Shown one piece after another: positions 9,872 through 19,332 of a DNA stretch of 64,000 nucleotides. The notes beneath the pieces are model-generated. The model saw only the letters and a program-made list of their open reading frames with translations, made no database searches and was not told the origin of the DNA. The translations under genes were made by a program, and so were the position numbers. Each line of letters starts with the position of its first letter. Position 1 is the first letter of the stretch. The DNA comes from a virus (Duplodnaviria; Caudoviricetes), in the IMG/VR virus record IMGVR_UViG_3300028844_006787; one strand, given 5' to 3'.

Positions 9872-10105
9872 TTACTCTTTTGAATCAGCAACAAGAGCAA
9901 GAATAACTACAAGAGTAATAACTCCTGCAAGACTTGCTCCAGCACCAACGAAACCATCAACCAATGCTTGAAGGTTTCCAATAACGTTAAGTCCAACTGC
10001 ATCACCAAGTACGATTTGCCCAGCAACTCCAAGACCAACTACGCCCAAGAGTACACCCGTCAATCCCTTGACGAATCCATTTACTTTTTCGAATATTGCT
10101 TTCAT
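9872..10105 (-). CDS. Small Gly/Val-rich two-helix membrane protein
   Basis: Two hydrophobic segments; own terminator. Confidence 0.8.
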   Translation of the reverse strand: MKAIFEKVNGFVKGLTGVLLGVVGLGVAGQIVLGDAVGLNVIGNLQALVDGFVGAGASLAGVITLVVILALVADSKE

Positions 10106-10229
10106 TTTGTTGTTTCCTTATGTTCTATGTTTTCTTAATTGAAAACTTGCCTTCTTTATGAAGGACTTTTTATAATTATAATAAATACAATAAATTTATT
10201 ATAATAATTAGCACTTTTTATAAAAAATG

Positions 10230-10427
10230 CCGAAAAAAGACACCCTAAATAAAAGTACCAAGGCATACTTCATAGAAATATGCATTGCGTTTACTCGTTT
10301 TTTTACTTCATGTGCTTGTAGACGACCCAAATCCTCCCCACAGTTTTCCACGAAATCAATGGATTTGGAACTTCCGCAAGTCCTCCTCGCAAGCACTTGA
10401 ATGGTTTTTTTGATTTTCACGAGTAAA
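10230..10427 (-). ncRNA. Candidate structured ncRNA (about 190 nt irregular rod)
   Basis: Nested complementary blocks 10290-10298/10419-10427, 10312-10318/10390-10396, 10327-10334/10361-10368, hairpin 10263-10283; dedicated promoter; GC-richer than flanks. Confidence 0.5.
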
Positions 10428-10456
10428 ATAATAGATGTTATTTACTTTATTGTCAA
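10428..10456 (-). promoter_or_regulatory. sigma70-type promoter TTGACA-17-TATTAT
   Basis: Near-consensus, points into the structured intergenic region. Confidence 0.75.
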
Positions 10457-10478
10457 CTTCAATGTTTATTGTAATATT

Positions 10479-11450
10479 TTACAATTTTTTATCGAATCCT
10501 TTCAAGTTTAAAATTTCGGTAGATATAAATTTATCATCAATTTTATTTATATCAAAATCATTTTTATATATTTCCACAAGTTTTGCCAACAAAAATTCCG
10601 AAAAACCATATTTTACATTATGTTTGAAAAACATATCATGAAATCTACGAATATTATTCTTCATAAATAATACACGTTCTTTGTCTTTTAATAACAATAA
10701 AACCTGTTGATGTATGTAATCCATGCTATGTTCTCTTAAATCAAATCTTAGCATATAATCATCAACGTTTTGAAATATATTTTCCCATCCATAGTCATTC
10801 ATAGAATTGATCATAATCGGAATACATCCACATCTTATAACATCAAAAAATGTATTGACCCAAATTCTATCTCCTCGTAATATATAAACTACATCTGATT
10901 TGGATAAGTTGTTCAGATAAGTTTCATAAGTTTCCGTTTTAAGACCGTCTTTATAAATTCTTTGATCAAAAAGAGAGACATTGAATCTTTCGTCATTTAT
11001 TGTGTTGTAAAAATACAAAAAATCTTTTCTTGTTGAGTGTGTTATTGCCCCCGACCAAAAAACTTTATTATTGAAAGTTTCGTTTTTAATTGTTTTTTTA
11101 TCAATAGTTCCGTCAATTGCTGGACCAAATGGACTAGGTATTATATAAGGAAAATCACACAAATCATTTGTTGTAAAGCAAAAATTATTAATATTTAGAT
11201 TGGGAAGAATTTTATTATCAACACAAAATCCATGCCGTGCATTAACTTTTCCCCAATCCACACCCAGACGGATATTTTTCATCAAAATAATATGATTAGG
11301 TTTTGTTGTATTGAAGTCAAACTTATTAATATCATCCATTGTGAAATGTACATCAGATTCCTCATTTAAACCTACAAAACTTATTTGTTCTGAAAAAGAA
11401 TCACTCAAATAAATATCTTTTAATTTTGGTCTAATGGATATTTTTATCAT
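10479..11450 (-). CDS. Exostosin-like glycosyltransferase (GT47)
   Basis: VFWSGA..H.TR, Y...L.KS....LRGD......FFD.IRCGCIPI motifs. Confidence 0.8.
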   Translation of the reverse strand: MIKISIRPKLKDIYLSDSFSEQISFVGLNEESDVHFTMDDINKFDFNTTKPNHIILMKNIRLGVDWGKVNARHGFCVDNKILPNLNINNFCFTTNDLCDFPYIIPSPFGPAIDGTIDKKTIKNETFNNKVFWSGAITHSTRKDFLYFYNTINDERFNVSLFDQRIYKDGLKTETYETYLNNLSKSDVVYILRGDRIWVNTFFDVIRCGCIPIMINSMNDYGWENIFQNVDDYMLRFDLREHSMDYIHQQVLLLLKDKERVLFMKNNIRRFHDMFFKHNVKYGFSEFLLAKLVEIYKNDFDINKIDDKFISTEILNLKGFDKKL

Positions 11451-11454
11451 TAAA

Positions 11455-11622
11455 TTACCTATTCAAACGAGCATTTCTGTCTTGAATTCGTTTTCTTTCT
11501 GCATCATCTGCTTCAATTCTTTTATTGAGTTCTCTCATTTGAATTAAATACATTGGATATGTAATTGGTAATAGTGCGTATTGCAAAAACACTATGAATA
11601 CATTTAATACTTTATCCCACAC
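11455..11622 (-). CDS. Small membrane-anchored hypothetical protein (55 aa, not in ORF track)
   Basis: GTG-start MWDKVLNVFIVFLQYALLP...; ATATTTATA just upstream. Confidence 0.55.
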   Translation of the reverse strand: MWDKVLNVFIVFLQYALLPITYPMYLIQMRELNKRIEADDAERKRIQDRNARLNR

Positions 11623-11652
11623 AAATTATAAATATTATTCAAAATAGATTTT

Positions 11653-12018
11653 TTATAATACTAAATAATCGTTGGAATTAAAGTTGTTGATTTTGTGAAT
11701 TCGTTTTGTTCGTTCTTTGCTGATATTAACTAATCCTGGTGTTTTAGTCGTTTTGACAAACTTCAAAGGACACATAGTAATTTGATTGTTTTTACCATTC
11801 TCGTTGCTTAACGATAACAAAATATTACCAATTATATTGATTTCAATGTTACTTAGAGAATCTTCCGACAAATAAAATCCATGACTACTACTACGATTCG
11901 TTAAATGAAACCAAGTAGCATCTTCGTGTTGCTTTTGAAATACTGATACTAAATGACTATTTTCTCGTGCATTACTTCCAAAGTAAACTATTTTATCGTT
12001 TATCTTAAACGTTTTCAT
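11653..12018 (-). CDS. Stand-alone NFACT RNA-binding domain protein (DUF814)
   Basis: GxNAxEN, DxxWFH...SSSH, V.TTKTPGLV motifs. Confidence 0.75.
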   Translation of the reverse strand: MKTFKINDKIVYFGSNARENSHLVSVFQKQHEDATWFHLTNRSSSHGFYLSEDSLSNIEINIIGNILLSLSNENGKNNQITMCPLKFVKTTKTPGLVNISKERTKRIHKINNFNSNDYLVL

Positions 12019-12673
12019 GTAGTTTCAACATTCTTTCACGTAGAATTTTCTTTCTAGCAGAAGTTTGCGGAATTCTATTACGATACTTAACATTAAAGTT
12101 TTTGTATCCATTTTTAAGAATATCATACGAACATTCTCCCATAAACTTTTTAACCATTTCTAAATAAATAAAAGCAAACATTCGTCCGTGTGTAGAATAA
12201 CTTTTACACATATTAACTACAAACGATAATCTATCAACGATGATATGACTTAACTCATGTAAAATAATAGGAACATTGCACATATGATAAGGAATGCTGA
12301 TAATATCAGTTCCATAAGCATATGCCATATTTTGATTACGAGGAGCATTCTCGATTTTAAGTTCTGTATCTGAAAATAATCTTCCGAACTTTTTACGAAA
12401 CCATGTATCGTTTATTACTTCCGCAATTTTTAATATTACTTCATCAAACGGAAGATTATCTTCTGCACCACTTGGAATCAAAGAATACTCCGCATCATAT
12501 AATTTCTGCATTTGTGAATCTCTTAAACCATTATCATAACGATTCTTTAGCATTTCCCAAGTAGAAACATTTTTATTCCACTTACAATTATCATGCTTGC
12601 TTTTTACAAAGGTCATTATTACACCTTTGTTGTATTCCTCTATTGCAGTTTTAGGAATCTTTGTTTCTCTCAT
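12005..12673 (-). CDS. Zincin-type metallopeptidase-like protein (SprT-like)
   Basis: ILHELSH then HGRMF third-ligand motif. Confidence 0.7.
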   Translation of the reverse strand: MRETKIPKTAIEEYNKGVIMTFVKSKHDNCKWNKNVSTWEMLKNRYDNGLRDSQMQKLYDAEYSLIPSGAEDNLPFDEVILKIAEVINDTWFRKKFGRLFSDTELKIENAPRNQNMAYAYGTDIISIPYHMCNVPIILHELSHIIVDRLSFVVNMCKSYSTHGRMFAFIYLEMVKKFMGECSYDILKNGYKNFNVKYRNRIPQTSARKKILRERMLKLHENV

Positions 12674-12682
12674 TATTCATAT

Positions 12683-12711
12683 ATACTACCAAAAATATTA
12701 TAAAAAGTCAA
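12683..12711 (-). promoter_or_regulatory. Conserved-spacer promoter copy 4 (TTGACT-17-TAGTAT)
   Basis: Member of 16-copy repeat. Confidence 0.85.
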
Positions 12712-12755
12712 TACTAAATTTTACATTCTATTTTTAGTTCTGCATATTTATATAC

Positions 12756-14135
12756 ATGGCATTTAATTTTAGACCCAAAAATAAAAAAGAAATAGTTTCC
12801 AAGAAAAAAAAGTTTTCACATCAAGTTGCTGAAGTATACGAGCATATAAACAAATCCTACGCAGAAACTATTGTATTAGACCCTACATCCACATTCTCTA
12901 AAGTTAAAATACCTCGTATTATTTCCGACAAAAAAAATATAAATCAAATCAAAAATGAACTTGCAAAGGTATCAAACATAAAAGGTCTTTCTATTGAGTT
13001 TGGTGATGGTTCGGGTGCAGGTGGCAGTAACATCAATGCAGCCGAAACTGCATTTCAAGAAAATGCAAGCAGAATGGTATGTGAATTCTATATTTCCAAC
13101 GGAAGAATGCCAAATGTTTGTGATATAAAAAAGATATATAAAAAATGCGATGATGATTGGTACGGAACATTCTATAAACAAGCAATAGCATCTAAAAAGT
13201 TTTTGTCGGGTAAAGGATACAAATTTTCTCGTGATACTGGTATTATGCCGTTTCTTGAAAAAACTGCTATGCAAAAGTGTGGTGTTACTAAAAAAGACTC
13301 GTGGAATCCTGCGGATATTTATGCAGTTAAATCAAGTCAAGAGAATACAATACGAAACAAAATAAAAGAAATAGGTGATCTAAGATGTGATGTAAATGAA
13401 AAACTCGATATATTAAATGAAGCAATGCGTGTGTGGTTTAAAAGTCGTGAACTTGTTGGAATTTCCTTAAAGAAAATTGCACCAAATAAAACTCAAGCAT
13501 CTCTTGAAGAAACAAATGCAAAAAGTAATAAAGATGTTGTTATTAATAACATCAAAATAGATGGAAAAGTAAATTGTAATCTTGATCTTAACAATAAAGG
13601 TGAATTTTCAACAGGTGAACTTATGTTTAAACTAAATGTTGAAGGAAACAGTGTAACCGTTCAAATTAGAGCATTTTCCGGTGGACAACGTGAAAACACT
13701 CAAATGGATATGTCAGAAGCAGGTGCGGCTGCTAAACTTGGTAAAGTTTCTTTAACACAAGCAATTGATCCTTATCTTGCTTCTAAACCAATTAAAAGAT
13801 TAATGGCAAATACTCTGCCTAAAGTCGGCAATTGGACAGAATCAGATATTAAGAAATACATTACTGAATATAAATCAGTTCGTAGTTTAAAAATTGGTGA
13901 TAGTGCTATTGACTTTGGAAACGATGATTGGGAAAATACACTAAGAAAAGCAATTGAAATTGAGACATCAAATGCAAGAACTGCATCTCAGTTAAGCACC
14001 AAATTGCAATGCTTTCAATGGATTAGGATTTTTAATCAATTCAAAGGTAACGAATTTAATAAATTCATTACAGTATTGTACTTCGGTGCTAAAAAGCAAT
14101 ATGCAAGTGCAGGACCGTTTGTTAAAATAAGTTAA
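12756..14135 (+). CDS. Phage protein with putative PD-(D/E)XK nuclease fold
   Basis: TAFQE, DSWNPADIY and GISLKK motifs typical of a marine phage nuclease-like family; ATATTTATA upstream. Confidence 0.6.
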   Translation: MAFNFRPKNKKEIVSKKKKFSHQVAEVYEHINKSYAETIVLDPTSTFSKVKIPRIISDKKNINQIKNELAKVSNIKGLSIEFGDGSGAGGSNINAAETAFQENASRMVCEFYISNGRMPNVCDIKKIYKKCDDDWYGTFYKQAIASKKFLSGKGYKFSRDTGIMPFLEKTAMQKCGVTKKDSWNPADIYAVKSSQENTIRNKIKEIGDLRCDVNEKLDILNEAMRVWFKSRELVGISLKKIAPNKTQASLEETNAKSNKDVVINNIKIDGKVNCNLDLNNKGEFSTGELMFKLNVEGNSVTVQIRAFSGGQRENTQMDMSEAGAAAKLGKVSLTQAIDPYLASKPIKRLMANTLPKVGNWTESDIKKYITEYKSVRSLKIGDSAIDFGNDDWENTLRKAIEIETSNARTASQLSTKLQCFQWIRIFNQFKGNEFNKFITVLYFGAKKQYASAGPFVKIS

Positions 14136-15124
14136 ATAAGAATTGAATCGTTTTGAGTTTGATATTCAGTAAGCAACTGACAAATAGCATAATCTTTTGC
14201 TTTTACTTCACACTCCCACTTAATTTCTCTAGTAGATTCAGGTGGAAAATAGTTGCTTGAAAAGTAATCACGATGTGAACGTGGTTTGTCGGGTATACCT
14301 TGCGACCAATGAAATACAGGTGTTACATTCTTAGGCCATGTTTTTACACAAAGGTTCATGTTGGTTTCTATATCGTTACCACAATCATTTTTGCATTCAT
14401 CGTGTAGATTGTCATAGCAAATAGGAATGCTTACATTGTATTTGCTTTTAAGATACTTGTGAAATCTAAGTATATTTTGTACACTAAAAAATCCTTTATC
14501 TTCATTTTCTATTGTTAAACGATTTCGCACAGATTCTGAACAACGACTAAATCCTTGATAAAATCTATCACCTAGTTCTTGTATTTGCTCGGATATTGAA
14601 GCATTTTTATTTTTGGGACTAGCATTTACATGAATATTAACAGGACAATTTAGATTGTTAGGCAATCGCATATAATCAAGTATGCTACTTTGAAAGTTAA
14701 GTTCTTCTATGGTTTTATCTACTGCATCGGTATTCAACGAAGCAAGTACATTGAACTGATCAGGATGACTACCGATACTTACATTGCTTTTTTGTATTTG
14801 CTTGCCAAGCAAATTGAGTTCTAGTTTGATATTCTCGGGGTCATGTAATTTATTAAACGATAAATCTAAAGTTGGATCTGTAATAAGAGGAAAACCTGCA
14901 CAAGTTAATCGGTAGTGTGCGATTCCTTTTTCTTCACAATGTTTAATTACAAGAGAAGTAACCTCAATGTTTGTAAGTATTCTATTCGTTAACTCTTTGA
15001 TAGCATACTCACGATTATGTAATTTTACAAGATCGTTGAATCTTTTGCGTGTCATAGTTTTGAACGCAATTTCTTTATTAATAGTTTTTAGTTGCTCTGA
15101 TATACAAACAAGTCCTAGTTTCAT
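14132..15124 (-). CDS. uvsE: UV damage endonuclease
   Basis: LGLVCIS, HPDQFNVLAS, RLTIENEDK, YDNLH, FHWS, ECEVKAKD. Confidence 0.93.
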   Translation of the reverse strand: MKLGLVCISEQLKTINKEIAFKTMTRKRFNDLVKLHNREYAIKELTNRILTNIEVTSLVIKHCEEKGIAHYRLTCAGFPLITDPTLDLSFNKLHDPENIKLELNLLGKQIQKSNVSIGSHPDQFNVLASLNTDAVDKTIEELNFQSSILDYMRLPNNLNCPVNIHVNASPKNKNASISEQIQELGDRFYQGFSRCSESVRNRLTIENEDKGFFSVQNILRFHKYLKSKYNVSIPICYDNLHDECKNDCGNDIETNMNLCVKTWPKNVTPVFHWSQGIPDKPRSHRDYFSSNYFPPESTREIKWECEVKAKDYAICQLLTEYQTQNDSILI

Positions 15125-15131
15125 ATTGATT

Positions 15132-15159
15132 ATAGTATAGTTTAATTATAATAAGTCAA
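15132..15159 (-). promoter_or_regulatory. Variant promoter copy 5 (TTGACT-16-TACTAT)
   Basis: TTGACTTATTATAAT half conserved. Confidence 0.55.
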
Positions 15160-15169
15160 TTATATTTTT

Positions 15170-15589
15170 TTAGGAATTTTTCCATTCATCACCTGTCATT
15201 TCATCATCATCCTCATCATCATTTTCCACAAAATCTTCATCATATATTTCATCAAACTCACCCAACGAATCTAATACCTTGCTTTCTTCCGCAGTAAAAT
15301 GATTTATATCGTGCAAATAAATGTGTCCATCAAAGGTTGGAAATTGCTCACGGAAATTTTTTTCAAAGTCCATAAATTTTTCAATTGTAAGTGTTTCATA
15401 TGGAAAGTCGATGCAGGCCTCGACATCTTCTCCGAATGTTCCTCCAGCAGAACCTTTGAATTTTTCTACAAAAGCAAGAATCTCATCAACACGTTTATCT
15501 ATTTCTTTGTTGGATATACCAAGAAATCCGTATTCTTTACCTCGTATAGATATTCCGTGCTTTACCTCAAATAAATTTAAGTCGTCCAT
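15170..15589 (-). CDS. Acidic hypothetical protein
   Basis: 139 aa ORF with ATATTTATA upstream. Confidence 0.7.
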   Translation of the reverse strand: MDDLNLFEVKHGISIRGKEYGFLGISNKEIDKRVDEILAFVEKFKGSAGGTFGEDVEACIDFPYETLTIEKFMDFEKNFREQFPTFDGHIYLHDINHFTAEESKVLDSLGEFDEIYDEDFVENDDEDDDEMTGDEWKNS

Positions 15590-15777
15590 TCGTATATATA
15601 AATATCACGAATAAAACGATTTACGACTTTTTTTAGAGTATCCTTGTATTAGTAAGCAATTACATTCGTTTCTTTCAGAAACGACATCAAACTCTCAAGA
15701 GTTTTTACACGAAGGTTATTCTTAAGATCAGTAACTCTTTTGTAATATGTTATGAATTCGTATTTATTGTTCATTTT

Positions 15778-15800
15778 GTAGTAGTAGTAGTAGTAGTAGT
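15778..15800. repeat. (GTA)7 trinucleotide microsatellite
   Basis: Directly visible; intergenic between two short minus-strand ORFs. Confidence 0.9.
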
Positions 15801-15935
15801 TTGTAGTTTGTTTATAGATAAAAGAATCTATTCCAAGGAAGTTCTCCGATGATACAATATAATAAATTGATCATCAACAATGCTCCGTATAAGGTCAACG
15901 CAACATATAAAGTGTTCTTGATGAAATTGAGTATT

Positions 15936-16169
15936 TTATGCTTCATTTATTTTTTGTTTCATTGCTTCAATTACTTCTTCACGACTACCTTCTGTAATCG
16001 TTCCGAAACCTTTGGTAAAAGCAGCCCAAGGCCACATAGAGCATGAACTTTCCATATAGCAAGTTTCTATGATATGACCCTTATACGTTATATTTTGATG
16101 ACTTGAAGTAGCATTGTATTCATCCAAATCAATTCCACTTTCCATTGCACATTCGTTTAAGTGTGACAT
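15936..16169 (-). CDS. Hypothetical protein
   Basis: Co-oriented early cassette. Confidence 0.65.
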   Translation of the reverse strand: MSHLNECAMESGIDLDEYNATSSHQNITYKGHIIETCYMESSCSMWPWAAFTKGFGTITEGSREEVIEAMKQKINEA

Positions 16170-16173
16170 AATA

Positions 16174-16392
16174 TTATATTGTTGCGATTTCTCTTTGTAA
16201 AGACCTCAAATCGTGAATGATGTCTTCAAGTGCTTCTTCTGCTGATGTAATGCAGTAACCTTCTTTTCCGGCATATGCATTTGCTTCCCATCCATGAAAC
16301 TTACTTGTATTCACATTATCTTTGGGATCAGCAAAACGAATATTCTCGTTGACGATTTCCTTGATTTTATTTCGTATTTCTGCTTGATTCAT
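16174..16392 (-). CDS. Hypothetical protein (probable start MNQAEIR)
   Basis: ATG after GAGAGA leader, downstream of promoter copy 6. Confidence 0.7.
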   Translation of the reverse strand: MNQAEIRNKIKEIVNENIRFADPKDNVNTSKFHGWEANAYAGKEGYCITSAEEALEDIIHDLRSLQREIATI

Positions 16393-16428
16393 ATTTTCTC
16401 TCTTTGTTTCTCTCAATCTTATACCTAA

Positions 16429-16457
16429 AGACTACCAAAATTATTATAAAAAGTCAA
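16429..16457 (-). promoter_or_regulatory. Conserved-spacer promoter copy 6 (TTGACT-17-TAGTCT)
   Basis: Member of 16-copy repeat. Confidence 0.85.
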
Positions 16458-16469
16458 GTACTAATTTTG

Positions 16470-16667
16470 CTAAAACCATGCCTCTATACCAAGTTCATTG
16501 CATCTTTTTCGTGCTTTATTGTATCGTTCTGAGTAATCGTCAGAAGCATCATCATACACCCTCAGATACGAGGAACGATGCTTACAAACGACCACACGAC
16601 ACTTGATATTAAACAACCTAAAAATTCTAGCAGCCTTGTTTGCTTCGGTTACTTCCCAAGGAATCAT
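16470..16667 (-). CDS. Hypothetical protein
   Basis: TAATG-coupled. Confidence 0.6.
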   Translation of the reverse strand: MIPWEVTEANKAARIFRLFNIKCRVVVCKHRSSYLRVYDDASDDYSERYNKARKRCNELGIEAWF

Positions 16668-16861
16668 TACTTACGGAAATTCTTGATATTCCGATTTAAA
16701 TTTCTTAACTCATTCAGCAAAAATTCAGCACCATCATAATTTCCAACAGACCTCATTTCCTTGATTTCCTTGGTAACTTCCTTACGACGTGCAATTTTCT
16801 CTGCTAATATATCACTCTTTTTAACGAACTCGTTCATATTTTTAATTTGGTTATCCCTCAT
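16667..16861 (-). CDS. Hypothetical protein (start corrected; track start lies in the -35 box)
   Basis: ATG downstream of promoter copy 7. Confidence 0.6.
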   Translation of the reverse strand: MRDNQIKNMNEFVKKSDILAEKIARRKEVTKEIKEMRSVGNYDGAEFLLNELRNLNRNIKNFRK

Positions 16862-16874
16862 TCTCAATACAAGT

Positions 16875-16903
16875 ATATTACCAAAATTATTATAAAAAGT
16901 CAA
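16875..16903 (-). promoter_or_regulatory. Conserved-spacer promoter copy 7 (TTGACT-17-TAATAT)
   Basis: Shares about 49 bp with copy 15. Confidence 0.85.
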
Positions 16904-16978
16904 GCATTATTTTATTTATTATAATGAAAGATAAACTTAAATTTATACCAAAATTTTTTTACCTATTTTTGCTTGTTA

Positions 16979-17064
16979 TATCATGCAAAATGTGTGTTTT
17001 CGGAAAAAATATAACCAATATAGAATTAAAACAAGTTTTTTGCATGATAGATCATGCAAAATGT
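16979..17064. repeat. Three copies of ATCATGCAAAA (direct plus inverted)
   Basis: 16980-16990 direct, 17038-17048 inverted, 17051-17061 direct; last two form a palindrome with 2 bp spacer. Confidence 0.8.
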
Positions 17065-17067
17065 ATA

Positions 17068-17754
17068 TCATTGAAACTTACTTCCTTTCAGATTTCTTAA
17101 ACCAACATAGTGACCTTCATAGTGACCTTGAAATCCACTTACATCTATTGTTTTAAAACTTAGTTTCTGAAAGTTTTGTATTAAAGTACCGTTTTTTACA
17201 TCAAACCACTTTGCACTAAACGATATATCGTCTTTATCACCCGTGGTGGATTCTTCATCGTAAACACACCTAACACTTGAATGCCATAACTGAAAGAAAC
17301 CAATTGGTATTTTGTTGCGTGACGGACGAAATTTCATTTTACGATTAGAACTCATTTCAATTCTTGCTGATGAACGATGTCCATATTCCATAGTTTTCCC
17401 ACGAGTTGTAACTCTATCGCATTTATACATTTTACTTTTATCTTTACACTCAGTTTCACATATTTCACGAAAATTAAATGGAAGTAATTGATCTGCATCT
17501 ATATGAAGCAACCAATCGTTTTTATCAAGAACTTTAAGAGCATCGTTTATTGCACGACCTTTAGCAAACTGAGCATTATCAAATACTCGTTCACTTAAAA
17601 TATAATTAATATCGTTATTCTCACAAACTTTGATTGTTTCTGTATCACTTTCGTGGGTTGCAATTACCCAATTATCAAGTCTTTGATTGTTTGTTACTAT
17701 CTTTTTAAGTTTGTCGGCAAAATCTATACAAACGGTTACTGCTTCAATCTTCAT
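17068..17754 (-). CDS. GT-A glycosyltransferase (GT2-like)
   Basis: FAKGRAIN, WLLHIDAD, PIGFFQLWH. Confidence 0.75.
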   Translation of the reverse strand: MKIEAVTVCIDFADKLKKIVTNNQRLDNWVIATHESDTETIKVCENNDINYILSERVFDNAQFAKGRAINDALKVLDKNDWLLHIDADQLLPFNFREICETECKDKSKMYKCDRVTTRGKTMEYGHRSSARIEMSSNRKMKFRPSRNKIPIGFFQLWHSSVRCVYDEESTTGDKDDISFSAKWFDVKNGTLIQNFQKLSFKTIDVSGFQGHYEGHYVGLRNLKGSKFQ

Positions 17755-19306
17755 TTGCAATCTCCGAAATTGCAACTAAATCAAGTTTACCTGAAGCAAG
17801 CACAGGAATTTTATCTATAAGTTTATGTATTTTTGGTGTCCATAGATTACCAAACTTTTCTGATAATGATTTGCTAATATGCTCAAGAGAGATTGGTGAT
17901 GATGTAATAACCACAAGTTGCTCACCTTTGCTTTCGTGTGGAATACCTGTAACTGCAACTTTAATATCATCTTCTTCGTTCCAATTCATTAAATTGATTA
18001 TTTCATGCTCAATCGTTTCGTGTGGAATCATTTCTCCACCTATTTTACTGAATCTTGATAAACGACCTTCTATATGCAAATATCCACCTTCATCTATGCG
18101 ACCTATGTCACCTGTAATCAACCATCCGTCTTTTAATACTTCTTGTGTTTTTTCTCTATCATTTAAATACCCACCGAATATATTAGGACCACGAAAGCAC
18201 AATAATCCTGCATCTAGTCTTTTTAATGGTTCACCGGTTTCTGGTGATATTGTTTTTACAAAAATGTCAGGTAACAATCTTCCTACACTTCCGTGCTTTA
18301 CTTTGTATTTAGGAGAGTTTATAGATATTACAGGTGATGCTTCGGTAAGACCATATCCTTCAAGATACACGCAACTTGCGATATTCTCCCAATGCGATAT
18401 AAATTCTAGTTTACTTTTTTCTGCTCCTGCAATTACATACTCTAAACTATTCAATTTACGACTTGAACCTTTTTTTAGATATCCTCTTAAAAATGTAGGA
18501 GTTCCAAGAAGCACCGTTACCGATTCGTTTTCTATTGCAAGAAGTGTTTTGTTTATTTCCAATGGACTTGGTACTGTAACTATTTTAATGTTGTTTAGTA
18601 TGCTAAACCACATAGTAATCGTAAATCCAAAACTATGAAACAATGGTAAATTCGCAAGTATCTTGGAATGCTCAGGAAATTCGTGTATTTGTGATATTCC
18701 TTTTATGTTACTTCGTATATTATCGTGACTAAGCATTACACCTTTTGGTTTGCCACTGCTTCCACTTGTAAATAACAATGCAAGTTCTTCGTTGGTAGCA
18801 TACTGAGGAATATTCAATAGATATTTTGATATGTTTTTTGGTAGCGAATGAATAAACGCATATTTTAAACACAATAGTTTATTTGCTTTATATGATTTAA
18901 GTAGTGTATCAATATTAATGGCATTTTCCCACGGAAAATCTCCAAACTTTTCTCGCATCTTTGAAACGGTTAATATGCATCTTGTTCCTGAAAGTTGTAT
19001 ACAATGCTGATTGATTTCCGAAGACAACGAAAAGTTCATATTAACAGGAATCTTATTCGCAAGAACAACTGCAATATTTGCAATCATTCCAATGCCACTA
19101 CTCGGAATTGCAATGCCAATGCGTTCACACGTTTCTTTTTTAAGTCTTTTAGCAAGAGCAGATGCCATTACTAGCATTTGAAACTTGTTTATTCGTATAG
19201 GTTTATCAAGACTATAATCAACTAAATACTCGGATTTAGCATCATTTCTCAACGAATCATATACATCATTGGCAAAGTGTTTCACACTTATAACTGTATT
19301 GTACAT
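17744..19306 (-). CDS. AMP-dependent acyl-[ACP] synthetase (Aas C-terminal-domain-like)
   Basis: LFTSGSSGKPKGV, LPLFHSFG, EGYGLTE, TGDIG, RFSKIGGEM, SGKLD. Confidence 0.9.
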   Translation of the reverse strand: MYNTVISVKHFANDVYDSLRNDAKSEYLVDYSLDKPIRINKFQMLVMASALAKRLKKETCERIGIAIPSSGIGMIANIAVVLANKIPVNMNFSLSSEINQHCIQLSGTRCILTVSKMREKFGDFPWENAINIDTLLKSYKANKLLCLKYAFIHSLPKNISKYLLNIPQYATNEELALLFTSGSSGKPKGVMLSHDNIRSNIKGISQIHEFPEHSKILANLPLFHSFGFTITMWFSILNNIKIVTVPSPLEINKTLLAIENESVTVLLGTPTFLRGYLKKGSSRKLNSLEYVIAGAEKSKLEFISHWENIASCVYLEGYGLTEASPVISINSPKYKVKHGSVGRLLPDIFVKTISPETGEPLKRLDAGLLCFRGPNIFGGYLNDREKTQEVLKDGWLITGDIGRIDEGGYLHIEGRLSRFSKIGGEMIPHETIEHEIINLMNWNEEDDIKVAVTGIPHESKGEQLVVITSSPISLEHISKSLSEKFGNLWTPKIHKLIDKIPVLASGKLDLVAISEIANED

Positions 19307-19332
19307 AAGAAAAACGCAGTTTTTGCTTTATA

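Noticed and set aside
10208-10420. 70-aa GTG-start ORF
   Set aside because: No recognisable protein features and it coincides with strongly paired sequence; ncRNA preferred, though a leaderless ORF is not excluded.
17871-18638. 255-aa plus-strand ORF and the many other antisense ORFs in the track
   Set aside because: Shadow frames opposite well-supported genes, with atypical composition.
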